64,000 nt of DNA from an uncultured virus (IMG/VR IMGVR_UViG_3300043466_001742) (Duplodnaviria; Heunggongvirae; Uroviricota; Caudoviricetes). Positions 32,590 through 41,632 of this stretch are shown here, piece after piece. The notes under the pieces are model-generated. The model searched no databases, was not told the DNA's origin, and worked only from the letters and a program-made list of their open reading frames with translations. How positions within the stretch are numbered: the stretch's first letter is position 1; every line of letters begins with the position of its first letter. The position numbers were made by a program, and so were the translations under genes. The stretch is taken from IMG/VR virus record IMGVR_UViG_3300043466_001742, positions 1 to 64,000 of that record; one strand, given 5' to 3'.

Positions 32590-33201
32590 ATGGGAAAACC
32601 TATTAAAAATACACCAAAAGTATTGGGTCTTGATATTTCAACTAGAACAATTGGATGGGCTTTATTTGATACTCAAAACGAGGAATTATTGGAATTGACA
32701 CACATATCACCAAGACCTAAAATAAAAAAAGAAGAAAGTGATAATAAATTATTTGAACTTCTTTTAAAATCAGAAATATTCGCAGAAAAGTTAAAACAAT
32801 ATATTGGTCTTGGGATTGTAAAGGTGATTATTGAGGAACCATTATTAAACTCAAACAATATATATACAATTCAAACATTATTAAGGTTTAATAGTTTTGT
32901 TTGTAAAGAAATATATAATATTTTAGGTGTTGTTCCAGAATTCATATCAACCTATAACGCTAGAAAGTTTGCTTGGCCAGAACTAGTTCAAGAAAACGAT
33001 AAGAAAAAATTTGTATTATTCGGTGGTCTACCAAAAGACATTGATAAAAAAATGATTATTTGGGAAAAAGTAGCAAAAAAAGAACCACAAATAACTTGGG
33101 GATATACCAAAAACAACACCCTTAAAAAAGAAAATTTTGACCAAACTGATGCCTATACTTGTGTATTAGGTTATATGAAATCAAAAGAAATTTGGAAATA
33201 A
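32590..33201 (+). CDS. RuvC-like Holliday junction resolvase
   Basis: VLGLDISTRTIGWA, IIEEP and C-terminal DQTDAY give an RNase H-fold D-E-D set. Confidence 0.75.
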   Translation: MGKPIKNTPKVLGLDISTRTIGWALFDTQNEELLELTHISPRPKIKKEESDNKLFELLLKSEIFAEKLKQYIGLGIVKVIIEEPLLNSNNIYTIQTLLRFNSFVCKEIYNILGVVPEFISTYNARKFAWPELVQENDKKKFVLFGGLPKDIDKKMIIWEKVAKKEPQITWGYTKNNTLKKENFDQTDAYTCVLGYMKSKEIWK

Positions 33202-33262
33202 TATCGTTTAATTTACTGATAATTTGAAATATCGTCTTTTTATGTGATATTTTTTTATTCTA

Positions 33263-35446
33263 CTACGCTTCTGAATAACAATCTGAACCAAAATCAGACC
33301 CAAACATTTCGAATACACTTGGTTGAGTATTATTCCAACTATATACGTCTGTTACTACTGGATAATCGTCAGGATTATTAAGATATGAATATAATGTTCC
33401 AGAACCAATGCCTGTTCTTATTTCCCATCTAGATGTTGATGTTTCCCAATATAAATAAAACTCAATAGAAATATCATAAGTTAAAGGACTACACAGATCG
33501 GCCGCAATTCCATAATAGTATTTACCATTGTGGATTCCTACTGGAAATGTATTATTACAACTTGAAAGACTAGCAATTTCAGTGTAATAGACAAAACACA
33601 TAGGTTCAGGACAATCACCAAGTATTGTGGACAATGAACCAACAACAGAACTAGCATAATGAACCCAAGGATATTCTGATGTACCTTCTGGATAATTTCC
33701 AGGATTTTCATTATACCACAAAAGGTTTCCAGACCCTAAAGCGGTGGTCATTTCCCATCGCATATTAGTACTATTCCACCAAATATACAAAAAACTATCT
33801 GTGTAACAATCCGCTTGAAGTAATTGGTAATACACTTTATTATTATGATAACCTCTTGGACCTGTTTGACAATTAGTCGTTTCTCCAAGACCTTCACCAC
33901 TAGCATAAATACACATAGTAGGACATTCATTTGGTGTATTTGATGTATACATCGCTAATACACCTGGTTGAGTGTTGGTCCAAGTAACAGTAGGTGAAGA
34001 TGTAGGATAATTACTAGGATTATTAAGATATGAATATAATGTTCCAGAACCAATACCTGTTCTTATTTCCCATCTAGATGTTGATGTTTCCCAATATAAA
34101 TAAAACTCAGCTAGTTCAGGACCTGTAGGATTACACCCATCAAGTGAAAATACATAATAGTATTTACCATTGTGGATTCCTAATGGAAATGGATTACAAC
34201 TTATTTGTTTAAAAATACCATCAAACACACTATATTTTCCGTAACTAAAACACATAATTTCAGGACAATCACCAAATATTACAGCAAGGGTAGATACATT
34301 GCTATCACCATTCCAAACCCAAGGATATTCTGATGTACCTTCTGGGTAGTTTCCAGGATTTTCATTATACCATTTGACCTCTCCAGAACCAAATGTTTCT
34401 GTTACTTCCCACCTTGTTGTACCACTATTCCACCAAATATACCTAGGTATAGTTGTGGAACAATTATTACTTGTATCTAACATTTGGTAATATATTTTAC
34501 CATTATGATAACCACTTGGATTTGTTTCACAAGGACTAGAATCGCCAACAATCGATTCACCCTCCCACCAAATACACATAGTAGGACATTCACCTAGTAA
34601 TGAATAATTAAAAATTATTTGCGGATTTGAATTATTCCAACTATAAGTACTGTTTGTTTCTGGGTAATTTCCAGGATTAGTAAGATAATTTAGTACTAGT
34701 CCAGAACCTAATGTTTCGGTCAATTCCCACCTTGTTGTATTATTATTCCACCAAATATAATAATTACTTTCAGCCATCGAACATGCACTATCTAATAACA
34801 AAAAATATACTTTATTATTATGAAAACCACTAGCAAGTATCGTACAAACGGAATTACCACCAAAAGCTTCAAAATTGTAACTAAAACACATAGGTTCAGG
34901 ACATTCACCTAGGATAGAGTATTTCAAAATAATGGAACAATCCCCACCTACCCAAGGATATTCTTGATTACTTACCGGATAATTACCTGGATTATTAAGG
35001 TAATAACATACTGGTCCAGAACCTACTGCATTGGTCAATTCCCACCTTGTTGTATCATTATTCCACCAAACATAATAATTAATAGGAGTTAAACAATCTA
35101 AATCTAACATACGATAATATGGCTTACTATGGTAATAACCACTTGGTAATATATGACATGGGTTAGTATTTGTCGCTTCAACCCCCAAATTAAAACACAA
35201 TCCCAATAATGGTTGCTCAATACAACTCAAATATTCACTATCAACACATCCAGAACAATTTGATAATTTTAACAGAACACCAGGATATGTGTTAAAAATT
35301 GGTGATAATGGTAGTGTTAATGGTGGTGGAATATCTCTATCTACTGTGGCAATTAAAATACAATTATTCCCATATATATCACAACCAAAAACATTGTATG
35401 GTGCGTCAATCCCTGTAATATTACTAAGAACTATTTCATTTGTCAT
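33263..35446 (-). CDS. Protein with six ~105-aa Cys/Trp repeats
   Basis: Six units of C..P.G.HNGK.YY..C..Y.WW...TRWE..GSG..NPGNYP..W..G.CP. The N-terminal ~70 aa resemble the 73-aa protein at 36400. Confidence 0.8.
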   Translation of the reverse strand: MTNEIVLSNITGIDAPYNVFGCDIYGNNCILIATVDRDIPPPLTLPLSPIFNTYPGVLLKLSNCSGCVDSEYLSCIEQPLLGLCFNLGVEATNTNPCHILPSGYYHSKPYYRMLDLDCLTPINYYVWWNNDTTRWELTNAVGSGPVCYYLNNPGNYPVSNQEYPWVGGDCSIILKYSILGECPEPMCFSYNFEAFGGNSVCTILASGFHNNKVYFLLLDSACSMAESNYYIWWNNNTTRWELTETLGSGLVLNYLTNPGNYPETNSTYSWNNSNPQIIFNYSLLGECPTMCIWWEGESIVGDSSPCETNPSGYHNGKIYYQMLDTSNNCSTTIPRYIWWNSGTTRWEVTETFGSGEVKWYNENPGNYPEGTSEYPWVWNGDSNVSTLAVIFGDCPEIMCFSYGKYSVFDGIFKQISCNPFPLGIHNGKYYYVFSLDGCNPTGPELAEFYLYWETSTSRWEIRTGIGSGTLYSYLNNPSNYPTSSPTVTWTNTQPGVLAMYTSNTPNECPTMCIYASGEGLGETTNCQTGPRGYHNNKVYYQLLQADCYTDSFLYIWWNSTNMRWEMTTALGSGNLLWYNENPGNYPEGTSEYPWVHYASSVVGSLSTILGDCPEPMCFVYYTEIASLSSCNNTFPVGIHNGKYYYGIAADLCSPLTYDISIEFYLYWETSTSRWEIRTGIGSGTLYSYLNNPDDYPVVTDVYSWNNTQPSVFEMFGSDFGSDCYSEA

Positions 35447-35510
35447 AGTTATATACTTTTATTTATAAGTATATTTGACAGATATTTTTTTTTTAAAGAT
35501 ATTTTTTTAT

Positions 35511-36398
35511 TTAAGGTGTTGGTGTTGAGGTAGGTGTTGGTGTTGGTGTAATACAATTTGTTGGAACACAAGTTAAACAAGCACCATTTGATTCCAAACC
35601 AATTGTTTGAATTATTACAATATCATCAATTCCACTTATATTATCGACCAAACCATCAAAAACAACACATAGACAATTTCCATTTATTGTTGTTTTATAT
35701 ACATAACCTAATGTTGGTGTTGAACCAGATTCATTCAAAATCACGTCAGAAGAATAGTATAATAAACCAGATGTGCAATCTCTGAATTTTTTATTAGTCT
35801 GACAACGAATATAATCATCAATTGTGTTAAAAGAGACCTTACCCGTAAAATCACAATTTCTTGTAATACTTGGTGTTGGAGTTGGAGTTGGTGTGGGTGT
35901 TGGAGTCGGTGCTACTGGAACGGTAGTCGCCGATACTGTTAGACTAACACCAGCACATTGATTTGTTGGAGTAGGTGTTGGAGTAGGTGTTGATGTTGCA
36001 ATCGGTGTTGGTGTTGGTGTCGGTGTTGGATCAACCTCACAATCAAAATGTGCGTTAAAATCAATATCACAAACTGGTGTTGGTGTTGGTGTAGGTAATG
36101 AGCAAGGACCAGGCCCAAAAAAATCATCACATAAATCAGGACAAGAACTTAAACAAGGCGATTTACCAAATAATAAACAAGAACCACCCAAAGTTGTGGA
36201 TAAACACCAACTTGGATTTGTTGAACCAGATCTGTAGTATATTTGATATGTTGGCGAAGTACTACGAGTAAAATATTTATAACCATTGTAATTTGTTGAT
36301 GAAATATTGTAATTCCCATCATAAATTCCAGCACCATTAATACAATAAGTACTATTACAAGGATTAACTGGTGTTGGTGTTATTGGTTCGGTAGCCAT
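35511..36398 (-). CDS. Cys-rich, PT-linker protein (likely start MATEPITP)
   Basis: ATG at 36398 sits just after the upstream gene's stop. Several (PT)n tracts. Confidence 0.7.
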   Translation of the reverse strand: MATEPITPTPVNPCNSTYCINGAGIYDGNYNISSTNYNGYKYFTRSTSPTYQIYYRSGSTNPSWCLSTTLGGSCLLFGKSPCLSSCPDLCDDFFGPGPCSLPTPTPTPVCDIDFNAHFDCEVDPTPTPTPTPIATSTPTPTPTPTNQCAGVSLTVSATTVPVAPTPTPTPTPTPTPSITRNCDFTGKVSFNTIDDYIRCQTNKKFRDCTSGLLYYSSDVILNESGSTPTLGYVYKTTINGNCLCVVFDGLVDNISGIDDIVIIQTIGLESNGACLTCVPTNCITPTPTPTSTPTP

Positions 36399-36399
36399 A

Positions 36400-36621
36400 T
36401 TAAACTGATAAACTTTGTGTTTTAATGCAATTATTATTATCAACAACCTTGACAACAAAATTTGTTAAAGAAGAATAAACAGACGGTATTTCAAACACAT
36501 AAGGCAAACTTGCCGGAGTTATTGTTGATACATATACACAAGTTGTGATTGTTGCGTCACAAACATATACATCAAACGGAGATGCACCACCAAGACCACT
36601 AATTGTTATATTTGTTGGCAT
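36400..36621 (-). CDS. Small beta-rich Cys protein
   Basis: 73 aa with TATTTAT upstream on the minus strand. Confidence 0.7.
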   Translation of the reverse strand: MPTNITISGLGGASPFDVYVCDATITTCVYVSTITPASLPYVFEIPSVYSSLTNFVVKVVDNNNCIKTQSLSV

Positions 36622-36704
36622 TTATTTTCTTTTTACATAAATATAGAAGATAAGAAAAACTTGTGTAGTTGATATAGTTATTTGTTTTATCTATATTATA
36701 GTGA

Positions 36705-37607
36705 ATGGAAGAACAAGAAGCAATTGTTGAATTATTGGAGGAATTTTTAGGTGATCACGGATTACATTATCCAAATCGCGGTCAAATCCAATTTAATTGC
36801 CCGGTGTGCGATGATGATAGAAATAAACATAATTTGGAAGTAAATTATTTTGAGGGTGTTTTCAAATGCTGGGCGTGCGGCGATAGTGAGGGAACCCACG
36901 GAAAATTGGGAAAATTATTTGATAAATTTGGCAATAAAAAGTTAAAAAAACTTTATCTAATTTTAAGACCAGAAGAAAATGAAAAAGTCGTTAGAGTTAA
37001 AAAACCAAAAGTAGTTCTTCCAGAAAATTTCACATTATTCAAAGATTCACACCCAATATATCCGGTCAGAAAACAAGCATATAATTATCTTAAAAGTAGA
37101 GGAATAACCGATGAGATAATTGAAAGATTTGGCATTGGTTTTTGTGACAAAGGAAGTCATATGGGTAGAATTATAATACCTTCATACAATCTCAAAGGTG
37201 ATCTTAATTATTATGTCGGAAGAAGTTGGGATCCACATAGCAGGGCAAAATATAGAAATCCGGAAGCCGAAAAAGACCAAATAATATTTTGGGAAAATTT
37301 GATTGATTGGAATAAAGACATATATTTGGTTGAGGGAGCCTTTGACGGAATGTTTTTAGACAACCCAGTTGTGATGCTTGGAAAACATATGTCAGAACTT
37401 CTTTTTGAGACAATATACAATAAAGCAAAAGGAAATGTTATAATTTGTTTAGACGGTGATGCCTGGGAAAATGCCGTAAGATTATATCACGAACTTAATG
37501 GTGGTGAATTGTGGGGTAAGGTAAAAATTGTAAAACTTCCAAATGATAGGGATGTCTGTGATTTGAAGGGACAAATAGATGATTATTATTTTGAAATAAG
37601 AGATTAA
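36705..37607 (+). CDS. DNA primase (DnaG-type)
   Basis: Zn finger CPVC...CWAC, YLKSRGI, GRIIIP, and TOPRIM VEGAFD and CLDGDA. Confidence 0.88.
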   Translation: MEEQEAIVELLEEFLGDHGLHYPNRGQIQFNCPVCDDDRNKHNLEVNYFEGVFKCWACGDSEGTHGKLGKLFDKFGNKKLKKLYLILRPEENEKVVRVKKPKVVLPENFTLFKDSHPIYPVRKQAYNYLKSRGITDEIIERFGIGFCDKGSHMGRIIIPSYNLKGDLNYYVGRSWDPHSRAKYRNPEAEKDQIIFWENLIDWNKDIYLVEGAFDGMFLDNPVVMLGKHMSELLFETIYNKAKGNVIICLDGDAWENAVRLYHELNGGELWGKVKIVKLPNDRDVCDLKGQIDDYYFEIRD

Positions 37608-37608
37608 A

Positions 37609-37896
37609 ATGGATTTAAATAAACAAGCAAACTTGTTTTTATATAACGCCAATGTTGGTGATTACTATATGGTAGGTGATTCCAAAATATCAGTTATAAA
37701 AAGAACACCAAAACAAATACATTTATCAAATGGTGTTATAGTATATATTAAAAAAACAAACCACGATATATTATATCTACATTCTAAAGGTGTAAAACGA
37801 AATAACAGAATATACCCAATTGTCAATCAAATAATTAGAGATATTGAAGGATACTTGATTTATAAAAAACTTACACAAAATTATGGATTTAATTAA
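37609..37896 (+). CDS. Hypothetical protein
   Basis: 95-aa ORF coupled to its neighbours. Confidence 0.6.
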   Translation: MDLNKQANLFLYNANVGDYYMVGDSKISVIKRTPKQIHLSNGVIVYIKKTNHDILYLHSKGVKRNNRIYPIVNQIIRDIEGYLIYKKLTQNYGFN

Positions 37897-38749
37897 AACA
37901 GTAGAAGAAATAAGATATATCTTATCAGAAAGACGAAAAGAATTTAAATTATCTTTTGAGGAAGATACACATAAATATACAATGTTAAATCTCAATGGAG
38001 AATTAACAGATAAATGGCCATCAGTTTCAAAGGTAATGAAATTGTTTTATGATGAATTTCCATCAGAAAAAAAAGCATTTGAGATGTCTGGTGGTGATCC
38101 AGATGAAACAGAAAGGTTATTAAATGAATGGAAAATGTCCGGTGAATACGCAACAAATATGGGTAGTAGGGTCCATTTTTTATTGGAAAAACATTCGTTG
38201 GATATGTTTAATTATGAGAAAACAATTAGAGAACCAATCTATGAGTGTGATGCAACACAAATAACAAAAGGTGATGCAATGATTACCGCCGGAAAACTTT
38301 TTTTAGAGAAAATGAAAGAACGAGGAGCTCATTTACTTGACACCGAAATTGTTTTAGGACATCCGGAATTAGAATATACAGGACAAGGAGATACGAGCTG
38401 GTTAATTGAAAATAAGAATAAAGATGGTTTTGGTTTTATAATAACAGATTACAAGACGAATAAAGAAAAAAATTTCATAAAACAATGGTATACAAAACCA
38501 ATGCGACCACCATTTGAATATCTACCAAATAATGCTCTTGGGCACTATAACACACAACTTCCGTTATATGGTAAATTACTTCTTAAAATGCTTGAGGGGA
38601 CAAAATATGAAAATATAAAATTGTTGGGTTGTATTATTGTGAGATTAACAGAAGATAGAGAATATGTTGAATACAGAGTTGATAAATCCACAATAAATAC
38701 TATACTTAATATGGATATAAAACCAATGTTAAATAAATTAAAAAAATAA
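37883..38749 (+). CDS. PD-(D/E)XK exonuclease
   Basis: PSVS, GSRVH, E, GQGD, ITDYKTN and QLPLY motifs. Confidence 0.8.
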   Translation: MDLIKTVEEIRYILSERRKEFKLSFEEDTHKYTMLNLNGELTDKWPSVSKVMKLFYDEFPSEKKAFEMSGGDPDETERLLNEWKMSGEYATNMGSRVHFLLEKHSLDMFNYEKTIREPIYECDATQITKGDAMITAGKLFLEKMKERGAHLLDTEIVLGHPELEYTGQGDTSWLIENKNKDGFGFIITDYKTNKEKNFIKQWYTKPMRPPFEYLPNNALGHYNTQLPLYGKLLLKMLEGTKYENIKLLGCIIVRLTEDREYVEYRVDKSTINTILNMDIKPMLNKLKK

Positions 38750-38754
38750 AAATT

Positions 38755-39003
38755 ATGAAGTTGTATATGACAAAAACTTATTCGGTTTATGAGTCTTACG
38801 GGCCGATTGAAGTAAATTTGGAAGATTACCCAGAGTTGGAAGGTAAAACAGATAAAGAAATTCTTGAATACTTTAATGAAATTATGTATGAAGAAAACAT
38901 TAAAGATGGTAGTGAAGAAACATTAGTCGACGAGTTTCAATTTAACACTGAAATGATAAATCAAAAATACTCTAACGAGGAAGAAGAAATTGTAAATTAT
39001 TAA
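38755..39003 (+). CDS. Acidic hypothetical protein
   Basis: 82 aa, very rich in Glu/Asp. Confidence 0.6.
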   Translation: MKLYMTKTYSVYESYGPIEVNLEDYPELEGKTDKEILEYFNEIMYEENIKDGSEETLVDEFQFNTEMINQKYSNEEEEIVNY

Positions 39004-39006
39004 ATT

Positions 39007-39222
39007 ATGGAAGATATTATTAAACCAAGAATTGATCTAAAACAACAGGAAACTGTAAAATGTACGGAATGCGGATCAAAATTCTTCAAAGAAGTTGTGA
39101 TGATTAAAAAAGTCCCAAAATTATTAACCGGAAGCCACGAAGACACGATTGTTCCGTTTCCGACCTATATGTGTAATAGTTGTGGGTTTGTAAATGAAGA
39201 ATTTGAACTTTTTATAGATTAA
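39007..39222 (+). CDS. Zn-ribbon protein
   Basis: CTECG...CNSCG. Confidence 0.7.
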   Translation: MEDIIKPRIDLKQQETVKCTECGSKFFKEVVMIKKVPKLLTGSHEDTIVPFPTYMCNSCGFVNEEFELFID

Positions 39223-39223
39223 A

Positions 39224-39370
39224 ATGGAAATAGGTAGAATGACAATAAGTGAGATATATCCTCATTTGGCGATTATATCACACACTTATGGATTAAAATT
39301 ACACAGAGTTAGAGATTTTAGATTTGCAAGAATTATTTTAGCAAACCTTTATAATAGAGAATTAGTATGA
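39224..39370 (+). CDS. Small hypothetical ORF (48 aa, MEIGRMTISEIYPH...)
   Basis: Fills the gap and has an ATGA overlap with the next gene. Not in the ORF track. Confidence 0.6.
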   Translation: MEIGRMTISEIYPHLAIISHTYGLKLHRVRDFRFARIILANLYNRELV

Positions 39371-40146
39371 TAAAAACTTTAGTTCATTTTTCTGATCTTC
39401 ATCTAAGATTATTTAAAGATCATGACCTTTATAGGTCAATATTAACTGATATGTTAAATCAATGGAAAGAATTAAAACCTTGTCGAATTATCTTCACAGG
39501 TGACCTGGTTCATAGCAAAAACCAATTAACACCAGAATTGATAGAAATGGTGAGTTGGTTATTAACAGAATGTTCTAAAATTACAAAAACAATTATTATA
39601 CCTGGCAATCACGATGCCTTAATCAATAATTCAGATAGGTTAGACGCTTTATCTCCGATTATCGATTCACTAAATAACAATAATATTGTTTATTACAAGG
39701 ATAGAGGTGTTTACGAAGATGAAAATGTCAGTTGGTGTGTATATTCTCAGTTTCAAGGGAATATTCCACCAGATTTGAATGTAGCGACTGGAATTAAAAT
39801 TGGTTTATTCCACGGACCCATTTCCGGTTTAAAAACAGATCTTGGTTTTGAATTTGGGGATGAGGCCTATGATGTTGAAAAATTTAATGGACTTGAAATT
39901 GTTTTATGTGGTGATATTCATAAAAGAGCCGAATTTAAATTTAAAACTGGCAAGGGATTTATGATTGGGTCAACGATACAAAATAATATAGGTGAAAGTA
40001 TAACTAAGCATGGGTATGGTATTTATAACATTGAAACTAAAGAGTATAGATATGTTGATTTATTTAATCCTAAACCTTTTTTAAAATTTTCAATAAAATC
40101 ATTTGAAGATATTGAGAATGGAACTGAATTACTCACAAATTTTTAA
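39367..40146 (+). CDS. Mre11/SbcD/gp47-like nuclease
   Basis: SDLH, TGD, PGNHD, FHG and GDIH metallophosphoesterase motifs. Confidence 0.85.
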   Translation: MIKTLVHFSDLHLRLFKDHDLYRSILTDMLNQWKELKPCRIIFTGDLVHSKNQLTPELIEMVSWLLTECSKITKTIIIPGNHDALINNSDRLDALSPIIDSLNNNNIVYYKDRGVYEDENVSWCVYSQFQGNIPPDLNVATGIKIGLFHGPISGLKTDLGFEFGDEAYDVEKFNGLEIVLCGDIHKRAEFKFKTGKGFMIGSTIQNNIGESITKHGYGIYNIETKEYRYVDLFNPKPFLKFSIKSFEDIENGTELLTNF

Positions 40147-40876
40147 TGAAAAATTAATTAAATCCATTAAAGAATATTGTCAATTAAATAATATTGAAGA
40201 TATTGATGGATTTATTAAAAAATGTTTTGAATCGGGGTTCAATATAGAAAAGTATGGATTATTGGGAAAAACACTTAATGAAGGTGAAAAAGACTTAAAA
40301 ACGGGTGTTGTTGAAGAAAAACAGTTAATAAAGGAAGTTATTGTTGAAAAACGAGTGGAAATACCAGTTGAAGTGATTAAAGAAGTTGTTGTTGAAAAAG
40401 AAATAATAAAAGAAGTTCCAGTTGAAACAATCAAAGAAATAGAAAAAGTGATTGAAGTGATTAAGGAAGTTCCGGTTGATAGAGTTATAGAAAAAGAAAT
40501 TTACATAACAGACAATCAACAAATAAATGAACTTGGCGAAAAAATCACCAAATTGGAAGAAAATATTTTCCATTTAGAAAAACAATTAGAAGAAGAAAGG
40601 AAAATTTTTTCCATTAAAACCCAAGAACTGGAAAATAATTTCCAAAAAGAAATGTCTAAAAAGGATAATGAATTAGACGAAGTTAGACGAAGTTTAGACA
40701 TTAAGTTAGACAACACAAATGAAAAAATGCTTCAAGAAACACTCCAGAAGTTAAGAAAAGAGTTGCTTGAAAAAAACGAAAAAATAAAAGAATTAACAAA
40801 AATAAACCAGGACCTACAAAATACAAAAGAAAATAGATTAAGCGCCGTATTCTTGAGAGGTTCAAATTTAAAATAA
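40118..40876 (+). CDS. Coiled-coil protein with VEVIKEVPV repeats
   Basis: Likely start is MELNYSQ. Val/Glu/Lys/Ile repeats are followed by heptads. Confidence 0.65.
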   Translation: MELNYSQIFNEKLIKSIKEYCQLNNIEDIDGFIKKCFESGFNIEKYGLLGKTLNEGEKDLKTGVVEEKQLIKEVIVEKRVEIPVEVIKEVVVEKEIIKEVPVETIKEIEKVIEVIKEVPVDRVIEKEIYITDNQQINELGEKITKLEENIFHLEKQLEEERKIFSIKTQELENNFQKEMSKKDNELDEVRRSLDIKLDNTNEKMLQETLQKLRKELLEKNEKIKELTKINQDLQNTKENRLSAVFLRGSNLK

Positions 40877-40882
40877 AATAGT

Positions 40883-41281
40883 ATGATACAATTAGTAATT
40901 TTTATGTTGGTTGCCTACGGAATGACAAACATTTTGGTCTACGGATCAATTTTTAACGGATTAAGACAATCCATACACAATTGGGGTAATAGTGACTATA
41001 TGGCCTTTAATGGTCTCGGTAAATTCCTATCGGGGCTCATTTCTTGTGTGTTATGTACTTCAACATGGGTTGGATTTTTCCTATCATTAACTTTCTTCTC
41101 ACCAATTCATAATTTTATTGGACTTAATGAATATGTTTCCGTATTCTTTGATGGAATGTTTTCGGCGGGTTCTGTATGGGCAATCAATGCGATAATTGAA
41201 TGGTTTGAAGAAAATAGACCACAAAAGATTGAATATCATCAAGAATCGGAAATTGAGGAAGAACAAATATTAAACGATTAA
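40883..41281 (+). CDS. Membrane protein, DUF1360-like
   Basis: Hydrophobic segments and an LISCVLCTSTWVG motif. Confidence 0.55.
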   Translation: MIQLVIFMLVAYGMTNILVYGSIFNGLRQSIHNWGNSDYMAFNGLGKFLSGLISCVLCTSTWVGFFLSLTFFSPIHNFIGLNEYVSVFFDGMFSAGSVWAINAIIEWFEENRPQKIEYHQESEIEEEQILND

Positions 41282-41293
41282 AAATAAATAAAA

Positions 41294-41626
41294 ATGGGTA
41301 AGAAAGAAAAAGAACGCAGGGCAAAGGTTGCAAAAAGAAACAGAAGAATTGCACAAGAGAAATATTCGATGCAAAACGCATTGAATAAAATGATGAAACA
41401 AATGGCGGAACAAAAAGAAGCCGATAATTTAGCAGTAAAAGTTGGTAATGAAAATATTCCATTTGAAGTTGTGGGTCAACCAACTAACACCGGCATTAAA
41501 GGTTTTGAATTTGAAGGTAATGTCTCGTTCAAAGAGGAAAATCCTGAAATTTTACAAACAACAGAATTTAAACCAGAAGAAACAGTTGTTGATGTTGTAG
41601 AAACAACTGAAAACAACGAGCAGTAA
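41294..41626 (+). CDS. Hypothetical protein (basic N-terminus, acidic C-terminus)
   Basis: 110-aa ORF within the operon. Confidence 0.6.
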   Translation: MGKKEKERRAKVAKRNRRIAQEKYSMQNALNKMMKQMAEQKEADNLAVKVGNENIPFEVVGQPTNTGIKGFEFEGNVSFKEENPEILQTTEFKPEETVVDVVETTENNEQ

Positions 41627-41632
41627 TAAAAT

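Noticed and set aside
33372..34372. DGR template/variable repeat pair
   Set aside because: Both copies lie inside one ORF, the few differences I checked are synonymous and not adenine-specific, and there is no reverse transcriptase in the window.
37883..38749. Cas4 as part of a CRISPR system
   Set aside because: It is a generic PD-(D/E)XK nuclease without the four-Cys Fe-S motif, in a replication context.
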